Part shown: positions 59,839 to 64,000 of the stretch, one piece after another | How positions within the stretch are numbered: the first letter of the stretch is position 1 | Layout: every line of letters begins with the position of its first letter | Assembly (NCBI GenBank): GCA_964016885.1 | Contig: OZ024744.1 | Span: 58,900,001-58,964,000 of the forward strand | Source: Eledone cirrhosa | Taxonomy: Eukaryota | DNA length: 64,000 nucleotides | Reading direction: 5' to 3' | Position numbers and translations under genes: made by a program | Notes under the pieces: generated by a model | Told to the model about the DNA's origin: nothing | The model's database searches: none | Seen by the model: only the letters and a program-made list of their open reading frames with translations

Positions 59839-60859
59839 ACAGACATTAGCTCAATGTCTAATACTATTTTGTTGAATTTAGCAAACAGGAGAAACCACCA
59901 GGTCTTATTAGATCTCCTCAATGTGGAATGGACTTCCATCAGTTTCGACGGTGAATGTTACAGCTGTTTGATCAACAGAATAGCTTGCTCATCAAATTAA
60001 CATGTAAGTAGTTAAGTATTCCATAGACACATGTACTGTTAATGTAATTCTCATACAAGATTAAGCATGACACACTGTGTGGCAGGGCTGGATTTTTGAA
60101 TTAGAAGTAAATCACCACCATCATCATCATCATCATTTAACGTCTATCTTCCATTCTAGCTTGGGTTAGATGGGTTCATCCCATTTGAGGCATGTCAGGT
60201 CAGGTGACCATGTCTCGCTCATATAAGACTGTTTCTGGCTGGTTTTCTATGGCTAGATGCCCTTCCTAATGCCAACCACATTTACAGCGTCTGCTGGATT
60301 CTTTTTGCCATGACTCCTACACAACCACTTTACAGTGTGGACAGGGTGTTTTTGCTGTGTCTCCTACATGACCACCTTACAGTGTGGGCTGGATGCTTTT
60401 TGTTGCAACACCTACAAGACCATTTTACAGTGTGTGCTGGATGTCTTGTGGTACCAACATAACTTTATAGAGTAAGGGTGGTGTGGGAGGGAGGTGTAGA
60501 ATAAATAATTTAGTCACAAATGTATAAATAATATTACAAATTAAAAAAGAAAAGAAAAAACACTCAAGCAGGTAATACACACATCTAGAACCACAAACAT
60601 CAAAAGGCAAGCGAAAAGGGTGGACAAATGAACCACTGCCAGAACAAAAGATAACGATATCGCAAGGAGCAGTGGAAAACCTCTCTAATAATTTTTGAGG
60701 CAAGCCAGTATGCTCACTGTGTTACTTTGGGTGATGGTGAGGCTAGTGTGCTGGAACAGCCAAGCGCCTTCACGAGCATCAACAGTTGCCTTAGTTTGAT
60801 GAGCCGCCAGTGAGTACTGGGTGCTTTTTGTTGTGGCACCTGCATGACCAGTTTACAGC

Positions 60860-61665
60860 TCAATATGTAGAAAAGGATTTAGTAGAAACTCTATATGATA
60901 TACACAATGTAAATATTGAGTATGCAAGAGGTGTAGTAGAATAACAGGCAGACTAACAAAAAAGGAAGACTATGTAATAGATGTTTATGGACAATCAATA
61001 GTAAGAATACTAGTGATATAAATCTTTTCCACTTGCAGGAATGATCCCTAGAAGTGGTTGATAGCTTTTGCTACTTAGGTGATCTAATTAGTAGTGGAGG
61101 AGAGTGCTCAAAGAGCACTCTAGCCAGAATAAGGATAGGATGGAAAAGGTTTAAGGGGCTACTACCTCTGTTGATAACAAAAGTTTTCTCCCTATGTACA
61201 AAAGGATGGCTATACAATGCTTGTGTGCGAGGTGTGATGCTGCATCATAGTAAAATATGGGCAGAGACTGCTGAGGACATGCATAGGCTGGAGAGAAATG
61301 AAGCAAGCATGTTTCAATGAATGCTCAAAGTTAATGTGCATGAATGACAAAGCTTGGCTGAACTAAGAGAAAAACTGGGCATTAAAGGAATCAGATGTAG
61401 TGTGCAAGAGAGAAGATTGTACTGGTATGGAGATGTGATGCATATGAAAGATGATTGCTAGGTGAAGAAGTGCCAGGAAATCCCAGTGAAAGGAAGTCAC
61501 ATTAGAGGTAGATCAAGGAAGACCTGGACAGAGATTGTGCAAGCTGATCTCAATTTGCTGAAGCTGAGGAGATGACAAAGGAATGAAATGAGTGGGGAGC
61601 TGCTGTGCTGAAAAAGACCTGTACATCCATGCTAAAGTGCACGCAAAATGATGCTGATGATGATG
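60860..61665 (+). mobile_element. Degenerate RTE 3' fragment
   Basis: DSFCYLG...GWKRFKGLLPLL...RLERNEASM; tail. Confidence 0.85.
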
Positions 61666-61762
61666 ATAGTGTACACATGATAGACTGTCATAATATCAAC
61701 TGGGAAACCTGTTAGATGCAACATCATAGAAGACCAGTTAAACTTAGATAGGTGTGAGCTGT

Positions 61763-62656
61763 CATCATCATCACCATTATCATCACCGTTTTACGTCTGT
61801 TCTTCTACGCTAGCATGGGTTAGACGGGTTGTCCTGTTGTGGGCAGTGTCTGGTCAGCTGACTATGCCTTGCTCACACAGGAACTGATTTGGCTTGATTT
61901 CTACAGCTGGATGCCCTTCCTAACACCAACCTCATTTACAGTGAGTGCTGGGTGCTTTTTTGCCGTGGCGCCTACACGTCCACTTTACAGTGTGGGCTGG
62001 GTGCTTTTTGCCGTGGCACCTCCACGACCACGTTGCAGTGGGGGGTGTGGGGGCATATTGTCTATATGCTTCAGCTTGTACCCATGGGAGGTCGGGTACT
62101 CTGTATTACTGCGTGACGCCAGAGGTCACGGTCGTGTGTCATCGCCTTTGAGAGGTGTAATTGGGTAAGGTCGGCTTTTATCACCTCATCCCAGGTCATC
62201 TTGGGTCTCCCCACTCCGCGGTTTCCATCGACTTCTAGTGCTCTGCACCTTTTTATGCAGCTGTCATCCTTCATACGCATCAAATGTCCATACCAACACA
62301 ACCGCCTCTCCTGCACACAGCATTTGATTCCTCTTATGCTCAGTCTCTCTCTCAAATCATTTATGCTTTGTCGTTCGCGTATATTACTGTTACACATCCA
62401 TTGGAGCATGCAGGCTTCGTTTCTCTCTAATCTACGTAAGTCTTCCACCTTCAGCGCCCAGGTCTCGCTACCATGCAACATCGCTGTTCGGATACACGCA
62501 TCATACAGTCTGCCTTTCATTTTGAGGGAAAAGCCTTTTGCAGCTAGCAGTGGTAGTAGTTCCCTAAACTTCTTCCATCCCGTTCTTACCCTAGTTATTG
62601 TACTTTCTGAACACCCACCTCCGCTGCTAATTCGGTCACCTAGGTAGCAGAAGCTG
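61763..62656 (-). mobile_element. Young RTE 3' fragment, inverted relative to 58950-59838
   Basis: Near-identical ORF end ...HAVIQSTRPPMGTS and 3' UTR. Confidence 0.93.
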
Positions 62657-62882
62657 TAACAACAACTATACTGATATATCTTCTATTGTGGAATCAGTCA
62701 AAGGCAGACCTGTCAACACTCTCCGTCTTATGGGGAGATTTCCACGTTTTGGCTCATTTCTCTCTGTCTCCCAATTTTTATGAAAATGGGTATTTTGTGA
62801 AAACAGGTTTCATTATATAAAATCTCCCCATTTAGCCTTATTTCTCCTCATTTTTGGACACTTTTTTTCATAGTACACCCTA

Positions 62883-64000
62883 GATGGAGAGGAGAGTCTG
62901 CTAGAGTCCTTGTAGGAAAAAGTCAGTGCTACAAATTTTTCTGGGTGGGAAATGACGATGGGATGGGGGGTTTAAGTATTCTACTAGCTGACAAGTGGGT
63001 AGATAAAGTAATCTCAGTGAACAGGGTAAATGCAAGAATCATTAAACTCAGACTAGTCCTAAATAAAACAATTACCACAATAATATCAGCTTACGCACCC
63101 CAATCGGGGTTGCCAGACGAACTTATGGATAGGTTTTACGAGTCCCTAATGCACACTACTGCTCTAACAAACGACAATGACTTCCTAATCATTGCAGGAG
63201 ATTTTAACGGGCACGTAGGTAAACACTGTGACGGCTTCAATAGAGTCCATGGAGGCCATGGGCTTGGCACAAGAAATGAAGAAGGATTCAAACTTCTAGA
63301 ATTCTGCGACGCCAATGACATGTCGATATGTAACACAAACTTCAAAAAACCCGACAACCACCTGATCACCTATAAATCAGGGGAGCATTCTAGTCAGATA
63401 GATTTTATCCTCATCAGAGGACGTGACAGATGGACGGTCGTAACACAAAAGCCTTCCCTAGTGAGGAATGTACCTCCCAACATAGCTTAGTTGTCAGCAA
63501 CCTCACGGTCAGAACTAGACGAACCTGGAAACAGAGGCCAACCTGGAGAAGAAAGGTCTGGAAGCTGAAAAACCCCTCAGCCAGTAACAGATTTAAAGAT
63601 ATTTTACTCAACGCCTACGACAGTAAAGAAGAACAGATAGAAACATTCAATGTAGAAGAGCACTGGGAGTTCCTAAAAAATAACTTACTAGAGGCGACGG
63701 ATGAGATCTGTGGCTGGAGTAAGACCACAGGCAGGAGGAGAGTGACTTGGTGGTGGAACAATAAGGTAGATGAGGCAGTTAAGGCCAAGAGACAGGCATG
63801 GAAAGAATGGAAGAATGGCGGAAGCAGGGTACATTACATAGAGATCAGGAGGGAAGCTAGGCGACAAGTATACTTAGCTAGGAGGGAAGCAGAGGATAAA
63901 AAATTCAAGCATGTTTTGCAGCGTGAGGACGAGAAACAGGAGGTGTTCAGGATTGCAAGGCAGTGTGTCAGAGATAGTTGTGATGTCATTGGAGAGAAGT
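62883..64000 (+). mobile_element. Young RTE copy (APE region), continues past the window end
   Basis: Near-identical to 56648-57760. Confidence 0.93.

Overview
AT-rich, repeat-dense animal genomic DNA. The repeat content suggests an octopod cephalopod (abundant RTE LINEs with (ATG)n tails, tRNA-derived Meta- and CORE-type SINEs, (TA)n microsatellites); this is an inference. One intact gene is present: an 8-exon OCIA-domain gene (OCIAD1/asrij, + strand, CDS 21883-51552, 263 aa, all GT-AG and phase-consistent). A heavily decayed multi-exon ionotropic glutamate receptor/IR-like pseudogene runs on the - strand across ~190-13175. Orphan fragments of a MYLIP-like FERM exon and a BTB/BACK-like gene lie at 54.3-56 kb. 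The rest is mobile DNA: RTE LINEs (two near full length), Penelope-like elements (PLEs), CRE-like RLE retroelement tails, mariner, MITEs, a Helitron-like end and an LTR. The most notable hidden layer is about ten type I hammerhead ribozyme motifs from several apparent PLE families. They include a recurrent non-canonical CAGAAGA core, a head-to-head hammerhead palindrome, and an inverted pair of hammerhead cassettes bracketing OCIAD1 exons 4-5. All calls were made by eye, without database searches.
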